A DNA stretch of 33,870 bases from the NCBI GenBank assembly GCA_051745145.1, contig JBNJDT010000014.1, positions 1-33,870 of the forward strand, written 5' to 3'. The position numbers were made by a program, and so were the translations under genes. The stretch is from Elusimicrobiota bacterium. Lineage in GTDB: Bacteria; CG03; SLGR01; JAGXOG01. The notes beneath the pieces are model-generated. The model made no database searches, was not told where the DNA came from, and saw only the letters and a list, made by a program, of their open reading frames with translations. Below are positions 1 to 8,406 of this stretch, in pieces (position 1 is the stretch's first letter; each line of letters starts with the position of its first letter).

Positions 1-1286
1 GGTTCGGCAATATCTTTCAACATATTATTTACTCTTATCGCCCGGTTGTAAGCAGTTTCAAAATTTTTAAATTTTTCTTTTCCCTCTTTTACCCATCCTT
101 TAAAAATATGACCTATCTTCTTTTTCCAGATGCTTAGCTCGTACGGCAGAGAACTGTTTATTACATATTCGGCTGACGAAATATGGGGCATAATATATTG
201 CAATTCGGACTGCCTTACGTATTTCCAGTGGGTTAAGGTATCTATAGGTTTTACTCCCCTTTCCCGGCGGTCTCTTAACATTCTTCTTATCAACCTCAAA
301 TCCGTCCACCGGTAATAAGCGCCGTCCATACCCCGCATCTGCAAAAGCGGTTCAACATATATTTTAACTTTACGGTTATTTGAAATACCCCTAGTCATAT
401 CTTCATAAAGTCCGTGATGGGAATCTATTAAAAGAAGTTCCCCTTTATCTAAACTGACCGGCTCTCCTTTTCCCTCCCGTTTTCCGGTTTTAAAATTATA
501 GGCCGGCGGTACAATTTCCCGGCCCCGGCACAATTCTTTTAAATGTTTATTTAAAAGTTCCATATCCAAAGCAGCGGGTATTTCATAATCGTAATCGCCG
601 TTTTCGTCTTTGGGATGAAACTCTATATCGCGAAAATAATTGTCCACGTGAAAAGGTACAAATTTAAAACCTTCGGACTCTAAATAACGGGCAATATTTT
701 TTGTTGTGGTAGTCTTTCCCGAGGCGGACGGACCGGCTATTATTACCAGTTTTATCTTGCCGGACTTATTTAAAATAGTATCGGCTCCCCGGATAATATC
801 CAGCTTATAGGCCTTCTCGCAATCTCTTACCAGCTCATTAAAATTTCCCGAGTTTATTTTTTTATTTAAATCCTTTACTGTAAGAAGATTATGATCTATT
901 GACCAGTTAAGAGAATACCAGACTTTTTTCCAGGGAATGAGATCTCTGGTTTTATAGTTACCGCTTAATTTTTTGCTACTGCGGTTTCTCTTTCTCTCAT
1001 TCCTGTAAAGGATAAAGGCTTTGGCAGTTTCGGTAAATTCGTTTTCCATCAGTATCTTCTCAATGGTATCCTGTATCTGCTCAACGGATGGGTACTTGCC
1101 GGGCTGAACTTTTTCTTTAAGCGTTTTTATTACCTGCTCGGACAGCTCTTCGGCAATTTTAAGTTCCCGGCCCCCGGTGGCAATCGCCGCTCTGTATATG
1201 GCATTGGTTATGCGAATTTTAGTAAACGGTTTTTTAGAACCGTCCCTTTTTATCACATGAGAGAAGGGGGGATTATTTTTATCCAT
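1..1286 (-). CDS. ATP-cone domain + uridine kinase/phosphoribulokinase-family P-loop kinase fusion (3' end truncated by window edge, at least 428 aa)
   Basis: Not in the ORF track; translated by hand from ATG at 1286 with no stop before the edge. MDKNNPPFSHVIKRDGSKKPFTKIRITNAIYRAA...PSVEQIQDTIEKILMENEFTETAKAFILYR is an ATP cone. It is followed by IIAGPSASGKTTTT (Walker A), VDNYF, PAALD, YNFKTGKR and DLRLIRRMLRD, typical of uridine-kinase-like proteins. Confidence 0.85.
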   Translation of the reverse strand, partial: MDKNNPPFSHVIKRDGSKKPFTKIRITNAIYRAAIATGGRELKIAEELSEQVIKTLKEKVQPGKYPSVEQIQDTIEKILMENEFTETAKAFILYRNERKRNRSSKKLSGNYKTRDLIPWKKVWYSLNWSIDHNLLTVKDLNKKINSGNFNELVRDCEKAYKLDIIRGADTILNKSGKIKLVIIAGPSASGKTTTTKNIARYLESEGFKFVPFHVDNYFRDIEFHPKDENGDYDYEIPAALDMELLNKHLKELCRGREIVPPAYNFKTGKREGKGEPVSLDKGELLLIDSHHGLYEDMTRGISNNRKVKIYVEPLLQMRGMDGAYYRWTDLRLIRRMLRDRRERGVKPIDTLTHWKYVRQSELQYIMPHISSAEYVINSSLPYELSIWKKKIGHIFKGWVKEGKEKFKNFETAYNRAIRVNNMLKDIAE

Positions 1287-1313
1287 TTTTATAGTGTAAA
1301 ATTATCCGCATAT

Positions 1314-2132
1314 TTAAAACAGACTGACAACTTCTGTGGGTCTTTTCTCATAAGAAAGAAGCACTTTTGTGACATTGCCGTTCTCCAAAGGAATATTTTC
1401 TCTAACAGTATTCTGGGCTAACAGACCGGTATTACACTCCTGACTTATATGGGTTAAAATAACAGCTTGGGGCTTGACTATGGACTTCTCCAAAACTTTT
1501 TTGACAAAATTTGCACACTCTCTGTTGGAAAGATGACTCCTGTCCGCTATTCGATCCTTTAACCAGCCCGGCCGCGGTGAATTCTCAAGCTTACCCCTAT
1601 CGTAATTGGACTCTATTATTATAACGTCCGAATTAATAAATTTATCTGTTATACCGTTGTCCGTACAGCCCAGATCCGTTGCAACAGTTATCTTTTTAGG
1701 ATTTTCGCCGCTGCCGGCAATAATATTAAAACCGTAACAGTGGGTATCGTGGACCACCTCAAACCCTTTCACCCTGAATTTATTAAATTCCATAATTTCT
1801 CCGGACCTGAAAGTCCTCAAAATATTCTCTTTTTCTGCCGTCCTGGCAATTTCATATTTCAGTTTTAAAACCTCAGCCACATCCTCGTGACAAAATACTT
1901 TTATATTTTTTTGGACCATCATTCGCAAAGACGATTTTTTAACATGATCGGAATGCCCGTGAGTAATAAAAACCCCCTGAATTTGAGAAAATTTTATATC
2001 TAATCTGTTTAAGTTCCTCTCAATATACCTTCTTCCCATTCCGCAATCCACCAGTATGGCGGTTTTTTCGTTCCACAGAACCGTGGCATTTCCCTTACTT
2101 GAGCTTCCCAGTACCTGTACTTTAACTTTCAT
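1314..2132 (-). CDS. Metallo-beta-lactamase-fold hydrolase, YycJ/WalJ-like
   Basis: LGSSSKGN, ILVDCG, THGHSDH (HxHxDH), HDT, ATDLG, IESNYD, HLSN and LTHIS motifs. Confidence 0.85.
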   Translation of the reverse strand: MKVKVQVLGSSSKGNATVLWNEKTAILVDCGMGRRYIERNLNRLDIKFSQIQGVFITHGHSDHVKKSSLRMMVQKNIKVFCHEDVAEVLKLKYEIARTAEKENILRTFRSGEIMEFNKFRVKGFEVVHDTHCYGFNIIAGSGENPKKITVATDLGCTDNGITDKFINSDVIIIESNYDRGKLENSPRPGWLKDRIADRSHLSNRECANFVKKVLEKSIVKPQAVILTHISQECNTGLLAQNTVRENIPLENGNVTKVLLSYEKRPTEVVSLF

Positions 2133-3180
2133 CTTTAATTTTAAGCTGTCCGCAGGCGGCTTCTATATCTCTTCCCCGGGGACTTCTAAAAGTATAGGGT
2201 ATTCTGTAGTTATCCAGTACCGACAGAAAATTTTCTACCGTCTCCCGGTCGGGGGGCTTTAAATCAAAATAATTATTTTCATTGTAGAGTATAATATTTA
2301 ACTTGCTGTTTACCCCTTTTACATATCTGGCCAGCTGATGAGCATCTTCTTTTTGGGAATTAAACCGGTCCATAAGTAAATATTCAAATGTTACTTCCCG
2401 GCCGCCGGAGTTTACGTAATCTTTCAAGGAAAAAATAAGTTTCCTGAGGTTATATTTTTTATTTACGGGCATAATGGTATTTCTCTTTTTATCCGAAGCC
2501 GTATGAAGGGATACGCCCAGATTTACCCCCTTAATTTCATCAGCTAATCGTTTTATACCGGGGACCACCCCACAGGTCGATACAGTAATCTTTCTGCGTC
2601 CTATATTGGCTCCCGGTTTATTACTTAATATTTTTATTGAATTTACCGTATTTTCAAAATTATCCAGCGGCTCCCCTATTCCCATGAATACTATATTAGT
2701 TATATTATTTTCTTCTAAATACTTCTGGGTTACCAGATACTGATCAATTATTTCATACGTTTTAAGATTCCGTTTGAATCCCGGCACGCCGCTGACACAG
2801 AATTTACATCCGTATTTACATCCGACTTGCGAAGAAACACATAAAGTATTTCTATTTTTTTCGGGTATAACCACTGTTTCTATTTTATTACCGTCTTCTA
2901 ATTTATATAGAAATTTTACGGTACCGTCCTCTGAAAAATTCTTTTTTACGGGTTCAATAAAATTCAGTGAAAATTCTTTTTTTAACTTTTTCCTTAATTT
3001 CTTGGAAAGGTTGGTCATCTCATCAAAGTTCTCTGCTCTTTTGCTGTACAGCCAGTTAAAAATCTGCTGGGCGTGAAAAGAAGGATAATCCCACTTATTT
3101 AAGAGCTGCTTTAATTTTTCTATTGTTAGATTTTTAATATTTTTCACTTTAGAAGGATTGTCTATGCAGCTGGGAATCAA
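2122..3180 (-). CDS. rlmN: 23S rRNA A2503/tRNA C2-methyltransferase RlmN (radical SAM); start is TTG 3180 or GTG 3147
   Basis: CVSSQVGCKYGCKFC (CxxxCxxC), VFMGIGEP, VSTCG, SLH, FEY and C-terminal IEAACGQL. Confidence 0.95.
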   Translation of the reverse strand: MIPSCIDNPSKVKNIKNLTIEKLKQLLNKWDYPSFHAQQIFNWLYSKRAENFDEMTNLSKKLRKKLKKEFSLNFIEPVKKNFSEDGTVKFLYKLEDGNKIETVVIPEKNRNTLCVSSQVGCKYGCKFCVSGVPGFKRNLKTYEIIDQYLVTQKYLEENNITNIVFMGIGEPLDNFENTVNSIKILSNKPGANIGRRKITVSTCGVVPGIKRLADEIKGVNLGVSLHTASDKKRNTIMPVNKKYNLRKLIFSLKDYVNSGGREVTFEYLLMDRFNSQKEDAHQLARYVKGVNSKLNIILYNENNYFDLKPPDRETVENFLSVLDNYRIPYTFRSPRGRDIEAACGQLKIKDES

Positions 3181-4493
3181 ACGCTCTCAAATATAGAATA
3201 GGGTTGTCCGGTGGCTTCCATAACTGTACGCCACAATCGTCCGCCGGATTTAACTTCTTTTCTGCCGTGAATTACATCGGACATGGGGACATGAACATAG
3301 TGGTCGTTCCATTTGCTTACTAACATATCCGTCCGCCCGGAAAGAGCTGCATGTACCGCATTCTGAGCAAGCTGCACGCAGTAGAGTGAATCTGTGGCGT
3401 TAGCCGGGACACTCCGTATTATATAACTGGGATCGAAGTACTTAATATTTATTTCGGTATTTTCCTGTTTAAAAAAACGTTTTATCGCGCCGGACAAGTA
3501 CCGCCCTATATCCCTGAGTTTTTTATTGCCTGATTTATCTTTTTTAACATTTTTTTGATTTTTTAACATTAGCTCCTGACCGGCGCCTTCAGCTACAATT
3601 ATAACGGCATGGTCTTTTTTTTCTATCCTGTTTTTTAAAACTTCAAGAAATCCACCCGGCCCCGTCATCTTAAAAGGCAATTCCGGAATAATGCAGTAAT
3701 TGACATTTCTATTGGCTAAAGCTGTATGGGCGGCAATAAAACCCGATGTTCTGCCCATTACTTTTACCAGTCCGATACAGTTGGGGGCTCCTTTGGCTTC
3801 GGTATGAGCGCTGTCTATTATATCAGCGGCTTCCTGAACAGAGGTTTCAAATCCAAAGGAGTTTTTTACAAACCGGATATCATTGTCAATAGTTTTAGGA
3901 ATGCCTATAACTGAAATATCCAGACCTTTTTTTTCTATTAAACCGGCAATTCTATGAGCCCCGTTCATCGTCCCGTCTCCGCCGATGGTAAAAAGCACTT
4001 TAATATTGCGCTCGATCAGGGTATTTACCATCTCTTCGGTATCCTGGGGCCCCCTGGAAGAAGAAAGTATAGTTCCTCCGTCCCGGTGTATGGAATCAAC
4101 CAGACCGGCAGAAAGCTTTAAAGGGGGGATATCATCGGCCCGGGCCAGTCCCCGGTACCCGTATCTGAAACCCTCCACATCTTTTATGCCGTAGCCATTG
4201 TCAAGTCCAACTACAAGTTCCCTTATTACGTCGTTAATACCCGGGCACAACCCGCCGCAGGATACAATTCCGCATTTTAAATTTTTGGGGTTATAATATA
4301 TTTTTTTCCGGGGGCCGGCCAGTTCAAAAAACTCGAGCTCTCCACTTTTCAGTTTTGAATTTAAATTTTTTTTGTGTAACCGGGAAACCACACTGTCTTC
4401 ATCCGATACAAACTGAATCCGGGCCCGGTTTTTCAGTGGAGAATCTATTGTTGATGGACCTTTTTTTCTTATTGTAATATTTTTTGCTTTCAT
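3177..4493 (-). CDS. pfkA: 6-phosphofructokinase (PPi-PFK group II-like sequence, probably ATP-dependent)
   Basis: SCGGLCPGINDVIR, GGTILSSSRG, IGGDGT, PKTIDNDI, MGRTSGFIA, VAEGAG and DPSYIIRS. Confidence 0.93.
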   Translation of the reverse strand: MKAKNITIRKKGPSTIDSPLKNRARIQFVSDEDSVVSRLHKKNLNSKLKSGELEFFELAGPRKKIYYNPKNLKCGIVSCGGLCPGINDVIRELVVGLDNGYGIKDVEGFRYGYRGLARADDIPPLKLSAGLVDSIHRDGGTILSSSRGPQDTEEMVNTLIERNIKVLFTIGGDGTMNGAHRIAGLIEKKGLDISVIGIPKTIDNDIRFVKNSFGFETSVQEAADIIDSAHTEAKGAPNCIGLVKVMGRTSGFIAAHTALANRNVNYCIIPELPFKMTGPGGFLEVLKNRIEKKDHAVIIVAEGAGQELMLKNQKNVKKDKSGNKKLRDIGRYLSGAIKRFFKQENTEINIKYFDPSYIIRSVPANATDSLYCVQLAQNAVHAALSGRTDMLVSKWNDHYVHVPMSDVIHGRKEVKSGGRLWRTVMEATGQPYSIFESV

Positions 4494-4499
4494 GTTATG

Positions 4500-4527
4500 A
4501 GTATATTATTAATTATTGTAATGTCAA
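4500..4527 (-). promoter_or_regulatory. Sigma70-type promoter for pfkA
   Basis: Minus strand TTGACA (4527-4522), 16-nt spacer, TATACT (4505-4500), then 6 nt to the ATG at 4493. Confidence 0.65.
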
Positions 4528-4656
4528 AACTGAAAATTTTAAAGAAAAAAAGTACAATACAGCCGGGTATCGTATAATTGGGACCCCAAAAGAAATTTCC
4601 GGTTCCCGAACCTTAATTTACCTATCAGAAATTAAACCCATCTTTAAAATAAGCTC

Positions 4657-5076
4657 TTATTTCTCGGGTACTTCCAGCAGTGAATTTTTGCCTCCCCGGC
4701 CGTCGGAAATTTTCTTGGAATTTTCAGGATCGGTTACCCAATTGCCGTCCACAATAAGTTTATACTGATATCTGCCCGGATCTACAGAAATTTCTTTTTT
4801 AAATATACCATCTTCCACTTCTTCCAGGGGAACCCTGTTCCAGTTGCTAAAATCACCTGCTACAGCAACATTTTCAGTCTGAGAACGCTCAAAATAAAAT
4901 ACTACCGTTCCGTCTTTAATTAATGGCCAATCTTTTTGGGAAGACTCTTTTTCTGCATCCGTTGCTTTTGAAACTTCTTCTGTTGGTTCGGCAGATTCAA
5001 TCACCGTCTCTTTTTGGGTACCCGCACACCCTGCTAACAGCACAGTAACCACAACTAATAAAAATTTATTATCCAT
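4657..5076 (-). CDS. Lipoprotein with CBM48/AMPK-beta-like glycogen-binding domain
   Basis: Lipobox signal (LLVVVTVLLAG-C), a low-complexity linker, then VAVAGDFSNW...GRYQYKLIVDGNWVTDPEN...GGKNSLL. AGGAGGT SD upstream. Confidence 0.85.
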   Translation of the reverse strand: MDNKFLLVVVTVLLAGCAGTQKETVIESAEPTEEVSKATDAEKESSQKDWPLIKDGTVVFYFERSQTENVAVAGDFSNWNRVPLEEVEDGIFKKEISVDPGRYQYKLIVDGNWVTDPENSKKISDGRGGKNSLLEVPEK

Positions 5077-5082
5077 TACTAC

Positions 5083-5976
5083 CTACCTCCTTAATTTCTC
5101 ATTCCCGCTAAATGCCAAAGCCGCTGTACCAATAAGGGTTAATTTTTCTTTCCATTTTGATATTTTTAATTCACATTCTTGGGAATATAAATTCATTAGA
5201 TTATATCTTAATTCTCTTTTCACTTCACTAACAAAATATTTTCCGGCCCGGGTTATTTCCCCACCCAGTATTATCTTTTGAAAACCGAAGACATTAACTA
5301 ACCCGGATAGAGAAAAACCTAAAATACGCCCTATCTTCTCCCAGCATTTTTTTGCCCGGCTGTTGCCCCTTTCCGCTTTTTCAAAAAGCTCCCTGGAACT
5401 TTTAACTTCAACGTCAAACCACTCCCGGGCATTTTCCGGTATGTACTCTCCTCCTATAAAAGTTTCCAGACAGCCACGGCTTCCACAGCCGCAGGTTTTA
5501 CCGGCGGGGTCTATTTTTAAATGTCCTATTTCACCGGCCTCCGTAAATAAATCGCCATTAATAACGATCCCTCCCCCCACACCCGTGCCCAGTGTCATCA
5601 CCAGTAATTTATCTGTATCATCCTCCACTTCCGTAATGTAGCTGCCCCAGGCCGCGGCCGTTCCGTCATTCACAGTATAAAATTTTTGATCGAGTTTCGA
5701 AAAGAAAGAAGCCAGCCCCAAATTTTTTAAATCCAGGTTGGGAATATTAATTTGCTTCTCACTTTCTTTTTTAAGAAAAGCGGGAAGGGCTACCCCAATT
5801 TCCACAATTTCCTCCGGATCTATTTTTTGTAAATATTTTTTTAAATAAGCTTTTAATTCTTCGCCTGAAAAAGGAGTATCCTTTTTATCTATATTTATCA
5901 AATTATATTCTTCGTCCATTAAACCCAGCAGGGTATTAGTCCCTCCGATATCCACCGCTAAAACCTTCTTTTTCAT
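5083..5976 (-). CDS. ROK-family sugar kinase (glucokinase-like)
   Basis: VDIGGT, ND, TLGTGVGGGI and GEIGH...CGCGSRGCLE zinc motif. No N-terminal HTH. Confidence 0.9.
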   Translation of the reverse strand: MKKKVLAVDIGGTNTLLGLMDEEYNLINIDKKDTPFSGEELKAYLKKYLQKIDPEEIVEIGVALPAFLKKESEKQINIPNLDLKNLGLASFFSKLDQKFYTVNDGTAAAWGSYITEVEDDTDKLLVMTLGTGVGGGIVINGDLFTEAGEIGHLKIDPAGKTCGCGSRGCLETFIGGEYIPENAREWFDVEVKSSRELFEKAERGNSRAKKCWEKIGRILGFSLSGLVNVFGFQKIILGGEITRAGKYFVSEVKRELRYNLMNLYSQECELKISKWKEKLTLIGTAALAFSGNEKLRR

Positions 5977-6665
5977 CTTATAAAACCCATTCTTGAGGGC
6001 GGCCAGTACAAAAACAGGGCCTCGCCCTTAATATACTTTTCGGGTAAAAACCCCCAGTATCTGGAGTCGGAAGAAAAATCCCTGTTATCCCCTAATACAA
6101 AGTATTTGCCTTCCGGAATGGACTTTGGACCGTAATTATCCCTGATTCTTAAATTATCGGGAACATAGCCGGCATTGCGATATGTATTGGGATCTTTGTG
6201 AGTGACATACTCTTCTTCTAATAATTTTCCGTTAATATATACTTTTTTATCTTTTATCTGGACCGTTTCTCCGGGTAAGCCTATACACCTTTTTATGTAA
6301 TCTTTAGACGGATCCGGCGGATACTCAAAGACAACTATCTCTTTTCTTTCGGGTTCCTTAAATTTCAATATACGTTTTTCTTTATTAAAAGGAAGCCTTA
6401 TACCGTATATAAATTTATTCACGAATAAATGATCTCCAACCTGGAGAGTATCTCTCATAGAGCCGGAGGGTATTTTAAAAGCCTGCACTATAAATGACAT
6501 AACAAAAAGGGCTATTACAACAGCCCACAGGCCGGCATTGGCCCATTCTTTTAATTCTTTAAAAATTTTATAACGGGACCCTTGCCGGTATTTATTTACC
6601 CCCCATTTGGCTATAAATCTTACTACTATAACCCCCAGAGTTATATAAAAAAGTTTAATCTCCAT
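5973..6665 (-). CDS. lepB: Signal peptidase I
   Basis: FKIPSGSM (Ser), YIKR (Lys) and GDNRDFSSDSRYWGF; follows lepA. Confidence 0.95.
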   Translation of the reverse strand: MEIKLFYITLGVIVVRFIAKWGVNKYRQGSRYKIFKELKEWANAGLWAVVIALFVMSFIVQAFKIPSGSMRDTLQVGDHLFVNKFIYGIRLPFNKEKRILKFKEPERKEIVVFEYPPDPSKDYIKRCIGLPGETVQIKDKKVYINGKLLEEEYVTHKDPNTYRNAGYVPDNLRIRDNYGPKSIPEGKYFVLGDNRDFSSDSRYWGFLPEKYIKGEALFLYWPPSRMGFIR

Positions 6666-8406
6666 AACTTTTTATTTTTAAAAATACCTCCGAGGGAATA
6701 TTGACTTTACCGATTTTTTTCATTTTCTTCTTTCCCTCTTTCTGCTGTTCCAGTAATTTTCTTTTCCGGGTTATATCCCCCCCGTAAAGTCCCGCAGTTA
6801 CATTTTTTCTCAGAGCCGGAATGTTCATCCGGGCCACTATATTTTTTCCCACCTTAGCCTGAAGAGGAACTTTGAACTGATGTTTGGGTATAATTTCTTT
6901 AAGTTTCTTTAGTATAGCTCTGCCCCGCATGCGGGCTTCTTCTTCGGTCATTACAAACGAAAAAGCATCTATCTCTTTTTTATTTACAAGTATCTGCAAT
7001 TTAGCCAAATTGGATTCTCTGTACCCTATGTGTTTATAATCCAAAGAAGCGTATCCCCGGCTCACCGATTTAAGTTGGCTGTAAAACTCTTCCACCATTT
7101 TTCTCAGGGGAAGCTCATATTTTACTATAACTCTCTGGGGATTTATATAGTGCATCTCCAGATGATTCCCGTAGCTGCTTTCAAAAAGTTCAAATACATT
7201 CCCCATATAGTCATCCGGAGTTATCACGGTACATTCTACGTAAGGTTCTTTAACTAAATCATAGCCGGTCGACGGAAAATCCATGGGATTGTCCACAATC
7301 TCTCCGTCAACTTCGTACTCCACCTGAGGCCTGGTGACAACTATATTAAGATCGTACTCATCTTCCAGGCGGCCTTTTATTATTTCCATATGCAGAACGC
7401 CTAAAAACCCACACCTGAAACCCGGGCCCAGGCTGGGAGAATCCTCGGGATGATAAGTAAAAGAAGTATCATTGATACTGAGCTTATTCAAAGCTTTCTT
7501 TAATTTCGGATACTCGGAATTATTTATAGGATAAAACCCGGCGAAAACAAACTGTTTTGGCTCCCGAAACCCTTTTAAAGGCTTATCTACTCCCCCGGTT
7601 AAAGTTGTAACCGTATCCCCTATTTTTAAATTATCGAGATTTTTCATCCCACAGATAATATAACCGATCTCCCCGCCCTCTAATTTTTTAACTTTATGCA
7701 TCTTATCCACCCCGAAATAGCCCAGTTCTTTAATGTCGTATTTTTCTTTTGTAGCTAAAAACTGGATGTCATCCCCGATCTCAAATTGGCCCCCGGTCAC
7801 TTTTACGTAGGCAATAGCTCCCTTATAAGAATTAAACACGGAATCAAATACCAGAGCCGCACTTTTATTTTTAGTTGTCTTGGCGGGAGGCGGAACTTCC
7901 CGGATTATCTTGTCCATAAGTTTTTTCACCCCCCAGCCCTCCTTAGCGCTGACCCGGGGTATCTCCCTCTTTTCTCCTATTAAAGCTGTCAATTCCTGTT
8001 CAACTTTATCGGGCCGGGCATTTTTCAAATCTATTTTATTTAAAACAGGAATGATTTTAAGCCCGTTTTCTTTGGCACTTTCGTAATTTGCCACAGTCTG
8101 GGCCTGAATTCCCTGGGATGCGTCAACCACAAGAACGGCCGCCTCACAGGCGGACAAAGATCTGGATACCTCATAGGAAAAATCGACATGTCCGGGAGTA
8201 TCAACCATGTTAAGCAGTTCACCGTTATATAAAATTCTCACCGCCTTGGCTTTAATAGTTATGCCTCTCTCCCGTTCTAAGTTCATAGAATCGAGAATCA
8301 GATCTTTGTGCTTTCCTTTTTTAAGGTCCCCGGTTAGTTCAAGAATTCTGTCGCAAAGCGTTGACTTCCCGTGATCGATATGGGCGATAACAGTAAAATT
8401 AAGCAT
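6655..8406 (-). CDS. lepA: Translation elongation factor 4 (LepA)
   Basis: IAHIDHGKSTL, ERERGITIK, DTPGHVDF, NKID, GFRCGFLGVLH and YGGDITRKRKLLEQQKEGKK. Confidence 0.97.
   Translation of the reverse strand: MLNFTVIAHIDHGKSTLCDRILELTGDLKKGKHKDLILDSMNLERERGITIKAKAVRILYNGELLNMVDTPGHVDFSYEVSRSLSACEAAVLVVDASQGIQAQTVANYESAKENGLKIIPVLNKIDLKNARPDKVEQELTALIGEKREIPRVSAKEGWGVKKLMDKIIREVPPPAKTTKNKSAALVFDSVFNSYKGAIAYVKVTGGQFEIGDDIQFLATKEKYDIKELGYFGVDKMHKVKKLEGGEIGYIICGMKNLDNLKIGDTVTTLTGGVDKPLKGFREPKQFVFAGFYPINNSEYPKLKKALNKLSINDTSFTYHPEDSPSLGPGFRCGFLGVLHMEIIKGRLEDEYDLNIVVTRPQVEYEVDGEIVDNPMDFPSTGYDLVKEPYVECTVITPDDYMGNVFELFESSYGNHLEMHYINPQRVIVKYELPLRKMVEEFYSQLKSVSRGYASLDYKHIGYRESNLAKLQILVNKKEIDAFSFVMTEEEARMRGRAILKKLKEIIPKHQFKVPLQAKVGKNIVARMNIPALRKNVTAGLYGGDITRKRKLLEQQKEGKKKMKKIGKVNIPSEVFLKIKSYGD

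Noticed and set aside
4565..4640. Purine riboswitch (TCGTATAAT on plus) or c-di-AMP/ydaO riboswitch (CGGGAACC...TTTTGGGG on minus)
   Set aside because: Only fragments match. The GTTTCTACC core and the ydaO 3' consensus are missing, and the purine-like piece is antisense to all genes.
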